Notes: generated by a model from the letters alone, not told the origin. A stretch of 64,000 bases of DNA from Lachnospiraceae bacterium (GCA_024403435.1 JAKSRV010000001.1:3856-67855); one strand, 5' to 3'; counted from the first letter of the stretch, positions 40,293 through 51,549 are shown. Made by a program: numbers and translations.

Positions 40293-41312
40293 CTACTTGT
40301 AATATCTGTTTATCAGCCACTTATCTTCATCAAAGAGAACAAAGGCTGAGACCTTAATCTCATGTCTGGCCAGCTGTTCGATAAGTCTCTCGATTTTCTT
40401 GCCGTTATGAGCTGCTGCCTTAACTGCAATCACCACATAATTCTTGTCTCTGAGCACTTCATACTCCGACGGCTTGTCAATAGGATTATCACATACTGTT
40501 ACCAAATAAGAAGCAGGAATCAGTTTACCGATTTCTGTTTTTCCGCTTCCCTCTTTACCGAGTCCGTCTGCCGAAACAATTGCAATACTTTTTTCTGACA
40601 GAAGCTTCTTGCAATTCGCTTCGAATTCCTTCATTGAAGGAGCACCAAGCGCCACGATATGATATCTCTTCTCAAGTGTAGCCGGAAGATATATTGAGGT
40701 ATCAACACATTCTATAAAAATCAGCAACAGGATAACTGCAACCAACCCTACAACAGCACCCACAACCGCGGCATGACCGATATATATCAACGACACATCT
40801 TCAACACTGTACTCGCTCGCCTTATCAACGACCTCTATAGATTCTATCTCGTCACGTGTATCTGCAAAAGCCACCATCAATTCCGAAAGCTTAGCCTCCA
40901 TATTTATGGATTCGACACTGTCTCCCGTAACCGACTTTGTGTATAGATATCTGTAATCTGCCTCTACTGTAGCGGTTATACTTGCAAGGATCTCCCCCTT
41001 TGACACACCACCGCCCAATGCCTCATACATTCCGTCGACAAAATACTCCGTCTTAACAAGTTCCTGCCAGGTATAGTAGTTGTAGTAATCTGCTTCCTTA
41101 CCGTTTTCATCCGTTGCATATTGTACATAGTACATAGTTCTGGCACGATATCTGTAACCGTCACCGATTACCATGTTGACCACATAATATATACCGCCTA
41201 TTACCACAGCACCGATGACAGCCGCCAAGGGCAACAACCATATTTTCTTTAACAATTTGAGAAAAAACAACCTGTAATTGACAGGCTCTCTTGCGTAATC
41301 ACATTCCCACAT
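40293..41312 (-). CDS. Wzz/CpsC-like chain-length determinant
   Basis: TM near each end of a soluble loop; D.SI.....LE......LG after TM2; short degenerate C-terminal domain; TAATG overlap with the upstream gene. Confidence 0.65.
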   Translation of the reverse strand: MWECDYAREPVNYRLFFLKLLKKIWLLPLAAVIGAVVIGGIYYVVNMVIGDGYRYRARTMYYVQYATDENGKEADYYNYYTWQELVKTEYFVDGMYEALGGGVSKGEILASITATVEADYRYLYTKSVTGDSVESINMEAKLSELMVAFADTRDEIESIEVVDKASEYSVEDVSLIYIGHAAVVGAVVGLVAVILLLIFIECVDTSIYLPATLEKRYHIVALGAPSMKEFEANCKKLLSEKSIAIVSADGLGKEGSGKTEIGKLIPASYLVTVCDNPIDKPSEYEVLRDKNYVVIAVKAAAHNGKKIERLIEQLARHEIKVSAFVLFDEDKWLINRYYK

Positions 41313-42121
41313 TATTTTCTGTCTCCGTTCCAGGGAGTTCTCTCCTTGGCTCCGCGCTTCATCAGTTTCTTTGCTTCGGCATAAGAAATATCCTTGCACA
41401 TCACCGCCCTGTTTTTTCTCAAAAATCTAAAGGTCATAATAGGTGCAAGTTTTCCGTACAGATAATAATACAACACGCCTCTGTCATAGAAAAATTTTTC
41501 ATTGTAGCCGCTAAACCATGTTGAAGCTTCACCCTCGGTTCTGGTCACTTCTTTACCTATAGTAACGGGAACCGCCATAATCTTTAATCCCAGTTTAAGC
41601 GCCTCATTGAGAAACAGACTGTCCTCTCCGCAGGAGTATAACGCTCCTCCACCAAACCAGAGATGATATGTAAGTCCAACCTCATGAAGTCTCTTGGTTC
41701 TGACCGCTATACTGTAAGCAGGATACCGGCCGCAATTCCACCAATGAACCGACTTAACCGCATCAGTCCAATAGGTACGCCTATCCTCTTCAACCACTAC
41801 GTTAAAAAGAATAATATCTGCCTTGGGATTCTCCTCGAAGGCTTTCGTCACCATATCGGAATATCCTGACTCATATACAATATCCTCATCGGAGAATAGT
41901 ACTATATCATCGGTAGCCCTCTGAAGAGCCGTTGTGCGCGATAAACCCACGCCCTTCTCCTGCATAGACAAGGCCGTTATACGATTACCACCAAAATCAA
42001 ACTGTTCAAAAGAATAATCACTCTTCTGATTGACAATAATGGCATCGCTTTCGATATTCATTGTTTTTACAAGTTCATGCACATCCTTTGATACGCATGA
42101 TACCAGTAGTTCAAGTGTCAT
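41312..42121 (-). CDS. GT2 (GT-A) glycosyltransferase
   Basis: IIVNQ, G.G.SR..A, FSDED and GEDS.F motifs. Confidence 0.85.
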   Translation of the reverse strand: MTLELLVSCVSKDVHELVKTMNIESDAIIVNQKSDYSFEQFDFGGNRITALSMQEKGVGLSRTTALQRATDDIVLFSDEDIVYESGYSDMVTKAFEENPKADIILFNVVVEEDRRTYWTDAVKSVHWWNCGRYPAYSIAVRTKRLHEVGLTYHLWFGGGALYSCGEDSLFLNEALKLGLKIMAVPVTIGKEVTRTEGEASTWFSGYNEKFFYDRGVLYYYLYGKLAPIMTFRFLRKNRAVMCKDISYAEAKKLMKRGAKERTPWNGDRK

Positions 42122-42162
42122 TATATCTCCGCCTTTTCATAGCAGTCGCTTTATTGCGCATA

Positions 42163-42215
42163 TGTTTTATTGCATTTGTTTTATTGCATTTGTTTTATTG
42201 CATTTGTTTTATTGC
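42163..42215. repeat. 14-bp tandem repeat TGTTTTATTGCATT (about 3.8 copies)
   Basis: Three exact copies plus a partial one, with a degenerate copy immediately to the left. Confidence 0.95.
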
Positions 42216-42223
42216 TGTCTGTA

Positions 42224-45076
42224 TCAGCCCTTATCAAGCATGCGCTTGACGTATTTTCCCGTGTAGGAAAGCTTATTCTTGGCAATCTCCTCAGGTGTAC
42301 CTTCCGCCACTACTGTACCGCCTCGATTGCCTCCCTCAGGGCCCATATCAATCAAGTAATCAGCGCATTTGATTACATCAAGATTGTGCTCGATTACCAC
42401 AACGGTATTGCCTCCGTCAGCCAGTCTCTGCAATATCTCTACCAGCTTGTGTACATCAGCAAAATGAAGACCGGTTGTAGGCTCGTCCAATACATAGATT
42501 GTCTTGCCTGTGCTTCTCTTCGAAAGCTCTGTAGCAAGCTTTATTCTCTGCGCCTCACCGCCTGAAAGCTGTGTTGAAGGCTGTCCCAGCTTGATATAAC
42601 CCAAGCCTACATCATAAAGAGTCTGAATCTTGCTGCGAATCGAAGGCATATTTTCAAAGTAGCTCAATGCCTCTTCGACAGTCATATCCAGAACATCATA
42701 AATATTCTTACCCTTATATCGGCATTCCAATGTCTCGCGGTTGTATCTTTTTCCCTCACATACCTCGCAGGGAACATATACATCCGGAAGGAAATGCATC
42801 TCAATCTTTACGATACCGTCTCCGCTGCAGGCTTCACAACGTCCACCTTTGATATTAAAAGAAAAACGTCCCTTGGTGTAACCCTTGGCCTTGGCCTCTG
42901 CGGTAGAAGCAAACAAATCTCTTATAGTGTCGAAGACTCCTGTGTATGTTGCAGGATTCGATCTGGGTGTGCGTCCTATAGGACTCTGATCGATGCAGAT
43001 GATTTTATCGAGCTTGTCCACACCCTCTATTGTTTTGTGTTTACCCGGAATCGTATGTGCACGATTAAGTTTCTTTGCGAGACTCTTATACAAGATTTCA
43101 TTAACCAAAGAAGACTTACCGCTTCCGGATACTCCGGTCACACAAGTTAATACACCTGTAGGGAACTTGACATCGACATTTTTCAGATTATTCTCAGTTG
43201 CTCCCTTTACGGTCAACCAACCTGTAGGCTTTCTTCTTGAAGAAGGAATCGGAATTTTCTTGGCACCGCTGAGATATTGTCCGGTGATAGAGTTGGGATT
43301 TTTCATAATCTCCTGTGCAGTACCCACTGCCACAACTTCTCCACCGTGTGCACCCGCTCCGGGTCCGATATCAACTATATAATCTGCCTCGAGCATAGTA
43401 TCTTCGTCATGCTCTACGACAATCAATGTATTTCCCAAATCTCTGAGATTCTTAAGTGTAGCAAGAAGCTTGTCGTTGTCTCTCTGGTGTAATCCGATTG
43501 AAGGCTCATCAAGGATATAACATACTCCTACGAGTCCCGATCCTATCTGGGTAGCCAGTCGGATTCTCTGTGCTTCACCACCGCTGAGAGTCGCCGTTGC
43601 TCTTGAAAGCGAGAGATACTCCAATCCAACATTTACCAAAAATCCCACTCTTGCCTTTATCTCTTTGAGAATCTGTTCTCCGATAAACTGTTGCTGCTTT
43701 GAAAGCTCGAGTTTGTTCAAAAAGTCAGCCAAATCTACAATTGAAAGGTCTGTAACCTCATATATATTTCTGTCTCCGACAGTAACTGCCAGTGACTCTT
43801 TTTTCAATCTGCGACCGCCGCAATCCGCGCAGGGAGTAATACGCATGAAGGTCTCATACTCTGCACGCGCACTCTCACCTCCGGTCTCTCTGTATCGTCT
43901 CTCAACGTTTCTGATCAGACCCTCGAATGCAATCTTATACACACCGGTTCCGCGCTGACCCGAATAATGAACATTCACCTCTTTGTCAGTGCCGTAGAAA
44001 AGTATTTTTTTAATTTCCTCCGGATAATCCTCAATCGGGGTATCCAGACTGAATTTGAATTCTTTGCTCAGCGCTACAAGCGTTGCATTGGTGAAGCTGC
44101 CTGCCTGGTTGGCAGATTGCCATCCGTTGACGATAATAGCACCATCATTGATAGACACGGACATATCCGGAATCATCAAATCTATATCAAATTCCATCTT
44201 ATAACCGAGTCCCGCACAAACCGGACATGCTCCGAACGGATTGTTGAAGGAAAAGCTTCTTGGCTCCACCTCTGAAATACTTACTCCGCAATCCGGGCAG
44301 GCATAACTGGTGCTGAAGGTCATCATCTCACCGCCGATTATATCCACATAAAGCAATCCCTCTGCAATACCAAGTGCATTCTCGATAGAGTCAGTCAGTC
44401 GGCTCTCTATTCCGGGCTTAACCACCAGACGATCAATTATAATCTCAATATTGTGCTTATTATTCTTCTCGAGGCTAATATCCTCAGTCAAATCATACTG
44501 AATACCATCAATTCTGACACGCGCATAGCCACCGCGTCTTGCCTTTTCGATAACCTTCTCATGCTGACCCTTGCGTCCTCTTACTACAGGAGCCAACACC
44601 TGGAATTTGGTTCCTTCCTCAAGTCCGCAGATTTTATCCACTATCTGGTCTACAGTCTGCTTTTCTATAGCTCTTCCGCATTCGGGGCAGTGAGGTATAC
44701 CGATTCTTGCATACAGCAATCTGAAATAATCATATATCTCAGTGACAGTACCCACAGTGGATCTGGGGTTTCGGTTTGTAGACTTCTGGTCGATGGAAAT
44801 GGCAGGTGAAAGTCCCGAAATATACTCAACATTCGGTTTCTCCATCTGTCCCAGAAACTGTCTTGCATATGAAGACAATGATTCCATATATCTTCTCTGA
44901 CCTTCTGCATAAATTGTATCAAAGGCCAGAGATGATTTGCCGCTTCCTGACACGCCTGTCATAACCACAAGTGCATCTCGAGGTATTTCGACCTCGATAT
45001 TTTTTAAGTTATTCTCTTTTGCTCCCCTTACCACAATCTTATTCTTGGGAAGCATCTTAATACTGTTAGTATCCAT
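42224..45076 (-). CDS. uvrA: Excinuclease ABC subunit A
   Basis: Two ABC ATPase modules ([22 protein letters not shown]) and Zn fingers. Confidence 0.98.
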   Translation of the reverse strand: MDTNSIKMLPKNKIVVRGAKENNLKNIEVEIPRDALVVMTGVSGSGKSSLAFDTIYAEGQRRYMESLSSYARQFLGQMEKPNVEYISGLSPAISIDQKSTNRNPRSTVGTVTEIYDYFRLLYARIGIPHCPECGRAIEKQTVDQIVDKICGLEEGTKFQVLAPVVRGRKGQHEKVIEKARRGGYARVRIDGIQYDLTEDISLEKNNKHNIEIIIDRLVVKPGIESRLTDSIENALGIAEGLLYVDIIGGEMMTFSTSYACPDCGVSISEVEPRSFSFNNPFGACPVCAGLGYKMEFDIDLMIPDMSVSINDGAIIVNGWQSANQAGSFTNATLVALSKEFKFSLDTPIEDYPEEIKKILFYGTDKEVNVHYSGQRGTGVYKIAFEGLIRNVERRYRETGGESARAEYETFMRITPCADCGGRRLKKESLAVTVGDRNIYEVTDLSIVDLADFLNKLELSKQQQFIGEQILKEIKARVGFLVNVGLEYLSLSRATATLSGGEAQRIRLATQIGSGLVGVCYILDEPSIGLHQRDNDKLLATLKNLRDLGNTLIVVEHDEDTMLEADYIVDIGPGAGAHGGEVVAVGTAQEIMKNPNSITGQYLSGAKKIPIPSSRRKPTGWLTVKGATENNLKNVDVKFPTGVLTCVTGVSGSGKSSLVNEILYKSLAKKLNRAHTIPGKHKTIEGVDKLDKIICIDQSPIGRTPRSNPATYTGVFDTIRDLFASTAEAKAKGYTKGRFSFNIKGGRCEACSGDGIVKIEMHFLPDVYVPCEVCEGKRYNRETLECRYKGKNIYDVLDMTVEEALSYFENMPSIRSKIQTLYDVGLGYIKLGQPSTQLSGGEAQRIKLATELSKRSTGKTIYVLDEPTTGLHFADVHKLVEILQRLADGGNTVVVIEHNLDVIKCADYLIDMGPEGGNRGGTVVAEGTPEEIAKNKLSYTGKYVKRMLDKG

Positions 45077-45081
45077 ATTAA

Positions 45082-46722
45082 TTATCTAAGACCATTATTC
45101 TGTACTGTGCTCTGAGGATTATGCTGAGCCATCTGCTGAGGCTGCTGCATAGGCTGCGCAGAAGGCTGCTGCCCGGGCACACGCATTGCCTGATTCATAC
45201 CTGTCTGCTGTTGCTGTCCCTGCACTCTGGCCTGAGCCATCTGCTGCTGATACATCTGCGGCTGTCCGTAACCCGCCTGAGGCATTGCACTTCTTCTCAT
45301 GATCGGTGCATCTGCCAACAGTTCGAATAAATCAGCTTCAGGATTGATGTATTTTTCAAAAATATCCTCAAAGGAATCTGTAAAGTATCTGAATGAATTC
45401 GGGAATACATCCTGCTTCAGGTAGAAAATTACCTTGTTCATAAATACAGCTCTGTCCTCAAGCTCATGTTCACGAATAAAGTAGGGTCCCAGCTTTTTGT
45501 TCTCTGCAATAAGCTTGTCAGACTGTCTTCCCTCTCTCTTGGCCTCCAGATTCTCTGCATCGATTGCATGGTTAACAAGAGTAGAGAATGTCGGCCAGTT
45601 TCTGTGGAGCTGTCCACGCGCCTCAAGCTTAGCCGCAAAAGCACCACTGATAGTATTGGGATCTGCGAATACCTCTGTGAGAGGTCTGCGTCCGTAGAAA
45701 AGACTGCGTTCCTGTCTCATTGAGTCGGGAAGAATATTGTAATCGATCTGAACATATTCCATCTCAAAACGTCTCTTGAACGCACTGTCCATAACGAAAA
45801 TATTATCATCGGCTGTATTCATGGTTGCTACAATATTAAAGTTTGAAGGTATCCAGATTCTTCCGTCAAAGAAAATATTTTTCATCCAAGGGTCACGTGA
45901 GAAATAGTTACCTATATCTCTGTTTACGATGGTATATGATGACTTACCGAGCGGTCCGCGGTCCAACAGCTGGAATACATCTCCGAAAATAGAAGGTGCA
46001 TTACCACGGTTAATTTCCTCAATAATCAGGAAATAGCGCTCCTGAGGATTAAGAAATGCAGCCTTCAAAAGTTCGGTAAAAGGACCGGGTACAAACGCAT
46101 AGTCCAAAGGTCTGTCAGGTGATACCAAGGGCTTGATACAACCCACGAATTCACCGTAAGTATATGCAGGATGGAAGATAACTCTCTTGATGTGAGTACG
46201 CATATTCGCATCATCGGGAAATTCTTTCTTAAGCATCTGATCTACTCTGTGTGACTTACCGGTACCGGGAGCACCGTAGAACACCTTCTGAATAGGCTTC
46301 ATAACAACTTCCTGGAAGTGATATTCCTCCATGTTGGTTGTTTTTACTTCCTTCTTGGGCTCGACCTTACGCGCAAGATAAAACTGCGCGTGAACATCGG
46401 GAGCAACCGAATGTCCGCCATACTCCAAGAAGTACAGATACAATTCAAATGCCGCACTGATTGTTCCGTGACCATCCATATCCAGCTGCTCAAACTCCGG
46501 ATACTTTTTGATCATCTCCACCTTCTCTTCAAAGTTTGAATAGTCGCATATAAAGAACAGATTATTGATTGGCAAATAAGGTATATTCGAACACTGCTTT
46601 CTCAGTGAATAGCAATACGCCGAAATCTCATTGTCGGAATAAATTCTCATTCCATCCTCGTGAACCTGTTTACGAAGCCAGTCTCTAAATTCCTTCTCAT
46701 TTTCTGCAGGTGTCATTCCCAT
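45082..46722 (-). CDS. McrB-family AAA+ GTPase (LlaJI.R1-like) with Gln-rich C-terminal tail
   Basis: Walker [24 protein letters not shown], Walker [18 protein letters not shown], McrB signature [14 protein letters not shown]. Start 46722 follows AAGGGG. Confidence 0.88.
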   Translation of the reverse strand: MGMTPAENEKEFRDWLRKQVHEDGMRIYSDNEISAYCYSLRKQCSNIPYLPINNLFFICDYSNFEEKVEMIKKYPEFEQLDMDGHGTISAAFELYLYFLEYGGHSVAPDVHAQFYLARKVEPKKEVKTTNMEEYHFQEVVMKPIQKVFYGAPGTGKSHRVDQMLKKEFPDDANMRTHIKRVIFHPAYTYGEFVGCIKPLVSPDRPLDYAFVPGPFTELLKAAFLNPQERYFLIIEEINRGNAPSIFGDVFQLLDRGPLGKSSYTIVNRDIGNYFSRDPWMKNIFFDGRIWIPSNFNIVATMNTADDNIFVMDSAFKRRFEMEYVQIDYNILPDSMRQERSLFYGRRPLTEVFADPNTISGAFAAKLEARGQLHRNWPTFSTLVNHAIDAENLEAKREGRQSDKLIAENKKLGPYFIREHELEDRAVFMNKVIFYLKQDVFPNSFRYFTDSFEDIFEKYINPEADLFELLADAPIMRRSAMPQAGYGQPQMYQQQMAQARVQGQQQQTGMNQAMRVPGQQPSAQPMQQPQQMAQHNPQSTVQNNGLR

Positions 46723-46868
46723 AAGTTTTTCCCCTTTTCTCATGAATCAAGCAGGATATTTCCCCTCGATTTGCGCATTTTTATCGTTTTATATAACTCT
46801 TCTCTATAAATATGTTTTTTAGAAAACTAATTTTAATAAATCTATTTACCGTGTTTTTCTTCTCTGTG

Positions 46869-46910
46869 ATTATAACAAAACTATCGGCATGCCTTAAGGC
46901 AATGCCGATA
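46869..46910 (-). terminator. Hairpin after the patatin gene, followed by an extended -10 box
   Basis: TATCGGCAT..GCC / GGC..ATGCCGATA stem (46882-46910), then GTTTTG. TGT-TATAAT at 46869-46877 on the minus strand. Confidence 0.55.
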
Positions 46911-46914
46911 TTTC

Positions 46915-47769
46915 TTATTCAGCCATAAAAGCCCGCAGCTCATCAATCTTATTGTCCATAAGATTACGAGCATAACTGTAGCAGTTTTCAAGCTTTTTCT
47001 TGTTTGTTTCAAAATGACCGACCATGGTAGTTTCAGGCTTGATAATAAGCGCACGGCCTTCTCTCTCAAGTCTCTCGATCAACTCCATCTGACGTTCATA
47101 TTCTTCCTTGCGTCCGAGAATGGTCTCGGCAAGCTTCGGATACTTTTTCTTGTAAAACATATTCACGAACGGCTTATATTTTCTGTAATCCGTAGCATGA
47201 TGAATCTCTGCTTTTGTAAGAATGATTACAACCTTATCACATCCGCAATCCAACGCACGCTGAACCGGCAAAGAATCGGCAAGACTTCCGTCCATGTATA
47301 TTTTTCCGCGCAATTTCTTAGGCGGGCAAATAAACGGCAAAGAACAAGACGCCTGGCAAAAATCCAAACATTCCATATCTTCGCTGAATTCACTCACATA
47401 CTCTGCCTCACCCGTTTCGCAATTGACAACAACAACTTCCCACAATGTATCACTGTTGTGATACGCCTTAAAATCATAAGGGAAATTGTTCATAGCATAA
47501 TTGGTGATGCACTCCTGAAGATCAACCACCTTGCCGGTTCTCAGAATGCTTGGCAGACCGTAAAAGCTACGGGTTCCCTCATGTGTAAGAACCTTCTTGG
47601 AACGACCGATCTGATGTGAAACAAATCCTGATGCATTGCTCACACCTACAGAGACACCTGACACATACGGGAAATCTATATTATGTTCCATCAGACTATC
47701 GAGAACACCGGCTGTAAAGATTCCTCTTATAGCTCCGCCCTCAAGAATCAATCCTGTCTTAGAACTCAT
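46915..47769 (-). CDS. Patatin-like phospholipase
   Basis: LEGGAIRG oxyanion loop, GVSVG nucleophile elbow, DGS catalytic Asp. Confidence 0.92.
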   Translation of the reverse strand: MSSKTGLILEGGAIRGIFTAGVLDSLMEHNIDFPYVSGVSVGVSNASGFVSHQIGRSKKVLTHEGTRSFYGLPSILRTGKVVDLQECITNYAMNNFPYDFKAYHNSDTLWEVVVVNCETGEAEYVSEFSEDMECLDFCQASCSLPFICPPKKLRGKIYMDGSLADSLPVQRALDCGCDKVVIILTKAEIHHATDYRKYKPFVNMFYKKKYPKLAETILGRKEEYERQMELIERLEREGRALIIKPETTMVGHFETNKKKLENCYSYARNLMDNKIDELRAFMAE

Positions 47770-47810
47770 TATATATCCTCATACATTTACAAATTTATAT
47801 ATCGAACAGC

Positions 47811-49298
47811 TTATTTAACAAGATTTCTTGCAATCTTCATTGAACCTGTGCGAGGGAAATCCTCTGTGCGAACAACAACCTTTGATACACGCTTAAATGC
47901 GGGAAGTGTTGCGTTTACAGCCTCAGCAACAGCCTCAACAGCCTGCTGAATCTCCTCGGGACTCTTACCTGCCACAGCAGGCTCAAAAGGAAGTACCTCG
48001 ATACCGATGACAGTGGCACCGTTTACCTCCATCTCACGTGCGAGACAATCCTTTACAATATCATGCTTACAGAATGCATCTTCAATTTCCTCGGGAGATA
48101 CATTCTCACCGTTTGAAAGAATAATCAAATTCTTGATTCTACCGGTAATGTAGATAAATCCTTCCTCGTCAAATCTGACAAGGTCTCCGGTTTTGAGCCA
48201 ACCGTCCTCAAGAACCTTAGCAGTTTCCTCGGGATTACCTGCATAACCAAGCATTACATTATCGCCCTTAATCCACAACTCGCCATCAACAACCTTGTAT
48301 TCCTGTTCGGGATAAATCTTACCCATTGAATCTGGCTTTTCGGTAATATTAATGTTGGCAGATGTAAGGTTGGCACCTTCGGTAAGTCCGTATCCGGGAT
48401 AGAGATCGATATCAAACTCAGCAGCATACTTGATAAGCCTGGGAGGAACGGGTGCCGCTCCAACGTTCATGCTCTTCAAATCGCCAAGGAATGCTTTACC
48501 CTTCATCTTTGCAATAGACAGAATAATCTCAACCAGTCCGGGAACCAATACAAGATAAGTGGGTCTGAGCACCGGTATCTGTCCGACAGCCGCTCTCATA
48601 TCGGTAATTGCAAAAGCAAGCGATCCCGAATAAAGTACAGAAAGGAAGCCCATTACAGAACCGAAAATATGTGACATGGGAAGGATAACCATACATCTCT
48701 GTCCGATAGCACCGTGAGGATGATAGCAACCATTAAGTGCTCCTCTCATAAGTGCTCCGTGAGTAAGTATTGCTCCCTTGGGTGCACCGGTAGTTCCACC
48801 TGTGAAGTAAATAGCAGCAACCGATTCCTTCTTAACCTCACCGTAAGCAGCCTCATTGTCTGCAATAGTGGTAGAAGAAACTACTGCGCATGCCACCTTT
48901 GATGCTACCTCGGCAAACTCATCGGCTACAACCATAAGACCGAAGCCAAACTTCATTGATATTCCTGTAACCTGCTCCTGTCCAAGCTGTACAGGAAGCA
49001 TGGTCAAAATTGCTCCGTAAGATGGAACAGCGAGGAACCACTCCATAGCATCAAGATCGTTACGTGCAAGTACACCAACCTTATCGCCGGGCTTAACACC
49101 GTTTGCAGCCAACACTGCACGACGCTTTGCGACACGACTCACAAGCTCTTTGAACGAGTATGTAATCTTTCCGTCACTTGTAGCGGGCATATCCTCAAAG
49201 TCCTTCTCTACCTTCTGAAGGAACTCGGGGAAAGTAGGTACATAATAAATCAGTTTCTGCTCTTCAGGCGAAAGCATATCAACAAAATAGTTTGACAT
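47811..49298 (-). CDS. AMP-dependent long-chain acyl-CoA synthetase
   Basis: YFTGGTTGAPKG, GYGLTE, W.KTGDL, GR.KNLI.LSNGENV.PEEIE and C-terminal Lys (TGSMKI). Confidence 0.9.
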   Translation of the reverse strand: MSNYFVDMLSPEEQKLIYYVPTFPEFLQKVEKDFEDMPATSDGKITYSFKELVSRVAKRRAVLAANGVKPGDKVGVLARNDLDAMEWFLAVPSYGAILTMLPVQLGQEQVTGISMKFGFGLMVVADEFAEVASKVACAVVSSTTIADNEAAYGEVKKESVAAIYFTGGTTGAPKGAILTHGALMRGALNGCYHPHGAIGQRCMVILPMSHIFGSVMGFLSVLYSGSLAFAITDMRAAVGQIPVLRPTYLVLVPGLVEIILSIAKMKGKAFLGDLKSMNVGAAPVPPRLIKYAAEFDIDLYPGYGLTEGANLTSANINITEKPDSMGKIYPEQEYKVVDGELWIKGDNVMLGYAGNPEETAKVLEDGWLKTGDLVRFDEEGFIYITGRIKNLIILSNGENVSPEEIEDAFCKHDIVKDCLAREMEVNGATVIGIEVLPFEPAVAGKSPEEIQQAVEAVAEAVNATLPAFKRVSKVVVRTEDFPRTGSMKIARNLVK

Positions 49299-49403
49299 TT
49301 CATAACCTCACTAATACTTTTTTGCGCATATTTCGTACATTTCAAAATCAATTGTATACTTTTACGCGTACAGAGAATATTTTACACAAAATGACGACAA
49401 TAT

Positions 49404-51383
49404 TCAAGTGGATGAGAGCTTTGCGCGAAGCTCAAGCATCTTGTCACGAAGCTCTGCTGCCGTCTCAAAATCAAGCTCTGCCGAGGCTTTTTTCATCTGT
49501 TTTTCAGTCTTGTCAATCAACTTTTGGAGTTCTGCACGGCTCATTGATTCAGGATCCTTCTCCCAAGCAACTTCCTCCTTTGCAATCTCCTTTGAAATGC
49601 TGATAAGATCACGGACAGACTTTTTGATAGTAGTCGGAGTAATACCGTTTGCCTCATTATAAGCCTTCTGAATCTCTCGACGTCTGTTGGTCTCCCCAAT
49701 AGCTTTTTTCATTGAATCGGTCATCACGTCCGCATACATTATTACACGGCCTTCTGAGTTTCTGGCTGCACGACCTATAGTCTGAACCAGCGAAGTCTCA
49801 CTGCGCAGGAAACCTTCCTTGTCCGCATCGAGTATTGCTACCAATGTAATCTCCGGTATATCGAGACCTTCTCGAAGCAAATTGATTCCGACCAGCACGT
49901 CAAAAACATCCAAACGCATATCTCTGATAATCTTGGTACGTTCAAGCGCATCTATATCCGAATGCATATATTTAACACGCACTCCCGCCTCTCTGAGATA
50001 AGCAGTCAAATCTTCAGCCATGCGCTTTGTAAGTGTCGTTATCAGAACTTTATTTTTATTACCGGTTTCCTTACGTATCTCGCCCAAAAGATCGTCAATC
50101 TGTCCCTCAACAGGGCGCACATCAACCTCAGGGTCCAGCAATCCCGTGGGTCTGATTACCTGCTCGGTACGAAGAAGCTCATGCTCTTCCTCGTATACCG
50201 ACGGTGTCGCTGATACAAAAAGCATCTGCCCTATGTGGTCCTCAAATTCCGAGAAATTAAGCGGTCTGTTATCAAGTGCACTGGGCAGTCTGAATCCGTA
50301 ATCAACCAAAGTCAATTTACGAGATCTGTCTCCCGCATACATTCCTCTGATCTGTGGAATGGTAATATGCGACTCATCAACTATAATCAGGAAATCATCG
50401 GGAAAGAAATCCAGCAGTGTCATCGGCGGTTCTCCGGGCTTTGCTCCGCTCATGTGTCTGGAATAGTTTTCTATTCCGGAACAAAATCCAGTCTCCCTGA
50501 GCATTTCAACATCAAAATTGGTTCGCTCGGAAATACGCTGTGCCTCGATGAGTCTGTCCTCTCCCTTGAAATATTTAACACGCTCCTCCAACTCAGCTTC
50601 GATGGCATCACATGCAGTCTTAATATGATCCGGTGCAATAACGTAATGCGAAGCCGGGAATACAGCTATATGTTCAAGAGTAGCCTTAACCTTACCGTTC
50701 AAGGGCTCTACTTCAGTAATTCGATCTATCTCATCGCCGAACCATTCTATGCGAATGAGGTAGTCTCCTCCCTGCGCCGGATAGAATTCCATGGTATCGC
50801 CGTGGACAGTGAACACGCCCGGCTTCTTTTCCATATCGTTGCGCTCATACTGCATATCAATAAAATTTCTGATTACATCGTCACGCCCAAACTCCATACC
50901 GGGACGCAGAGACAGAATCATTCCCTTGTATTCGTCGGGACTTCCGAGTCCGTATATGCAAGATACCGACGCAACCACAACCACATCCTTTCTCTCCGCC
51001 AAAGAAGCGGTTGCCGAAAGGCGCAGTTTCTCTATCTCGTCGTTTATAGAAGAGTCCTTGGCAATATATGTATCTGACTGTGGCACATAAGCCTCAGGCT
51101 GGTAATAATCGTAATAGGATACAAAATACTCTACTGCGTTCTCGGGAAAGAATTCCTTCATTTCACCATAGAGCTGACCCGCCAATGTCTTGTTATGCGA
51201 GATAATAATCGTAGGCTTGTTCAGTGCGGCAATAACATTCGCCATGGTAAACGTTTTACCGGAACCTGTAACACCCAACAGTGTCTGAAATTGATTACCG
51301 TCTTTGAATCCTTGCACCAGTTCCTCTATCGCTTGCGGCTGATCTCCCGTAGGCTTATAAGGAGCGTGTAATTTGAACTCCAT
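49404..51383 (-). CDS. uvrB: Excinuclease ABC subunit B
   Basis: [35 protein letters not shown] and C-terminal UVR motif. Confidence 0.98.
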   Translation of the reverse strand: MEFKLHAPYKPTGDQPQAIEELVQGFKDGNQFQTLLGVTGSGKTFTMANVIAALNKPTIIISHNKTLAGQLYGEMKEFFPENAVEYFVSYYDYYQPEAYVPQSDTYIAKDSSINDEIEKLRLSATASLAERKDVVVVASVSCIYGLGSPDEYKGMILSLRPGMEFGRDDVIRNFIDMQYERNDMEKKPGVFTVHGDTMEFYPAQGGDYLIRIEWFGDEIDRITEVEPLNGKVKATLEHIAVFPASHYVIAPDHIKTACDAIEAELEERVKYFKGEDRLIEAQRISERTNFDVEMLRETGFCSGIENYSRHMSGAKPGEPPMTLLDFFPDDFLIIVDESHITIPQIRGMYAGDRSRKLTLVDYGFRLPSALDNRPLNFSEFEDHIGQMLFVSATPSVYEEEHELLRTEQVIRPTGLLDPEVDVRPVEGQIDDLLGEIRKETGNKNKVLITTLTKRMAEDLTAYLREAGVRVKYMHSDIDALERTKIIRDMRLDVFDVLVGINLLREGLDIPEITLVAILDADKEGFLRSETSLVQTIGRAARNSEGRVIMYADVMTDSMKKAIGETNRRREIQKAYNEANGITPTTIKKSVRDLISISKEIAKEEVAWEKDPESMSRAELQKLIDKTEKQMKKASAELDFETAAELRDKMLELRAKLSST

Positions 51384-51489
51384 ATGCTTATCTTCTTTCA
51401 CAATTTTTGTATACAGTCTTACAAACCTGCTATAACAGCAAGTATTTTCGAATCCAAACACAAATCGCCATCCATGTGACGCAACATTG

Positions 51490-51518
51490 ATTATATCACA
51501 CAGATGACGATTCGTCTA
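51490..51518 (-). promoter_or_regulatory. SigA promoter of uvrB
   Basis: TAGACG-N17-TATAAT with an extended TG, lying within a GU-containing hairpin (about 51463-51510). Confidence 0.65.
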
Positions 51519-51526
51519 TTAATATC

Positions 51527-51540
51527 AGAACATTTGTTCG
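51527..51540. promoter_or_regulatory. LexA (SOS/Cheo) box
   Basis: CGAACAAATGTTCT on the minus strand matches Firmicute GAAC-N4-GTTC; lies just upstream of the uvrB -35 box. Confidence 0.85.
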
Positions 51541-51549
51541 GATATCAAA

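Noticed and set aside
42163-42215. CRISPR array (also considered for 35913-36052 and 60935-60996)
   Set aside because: The repeats are directly adjacent with no unique spacers, and there are no cas genes.
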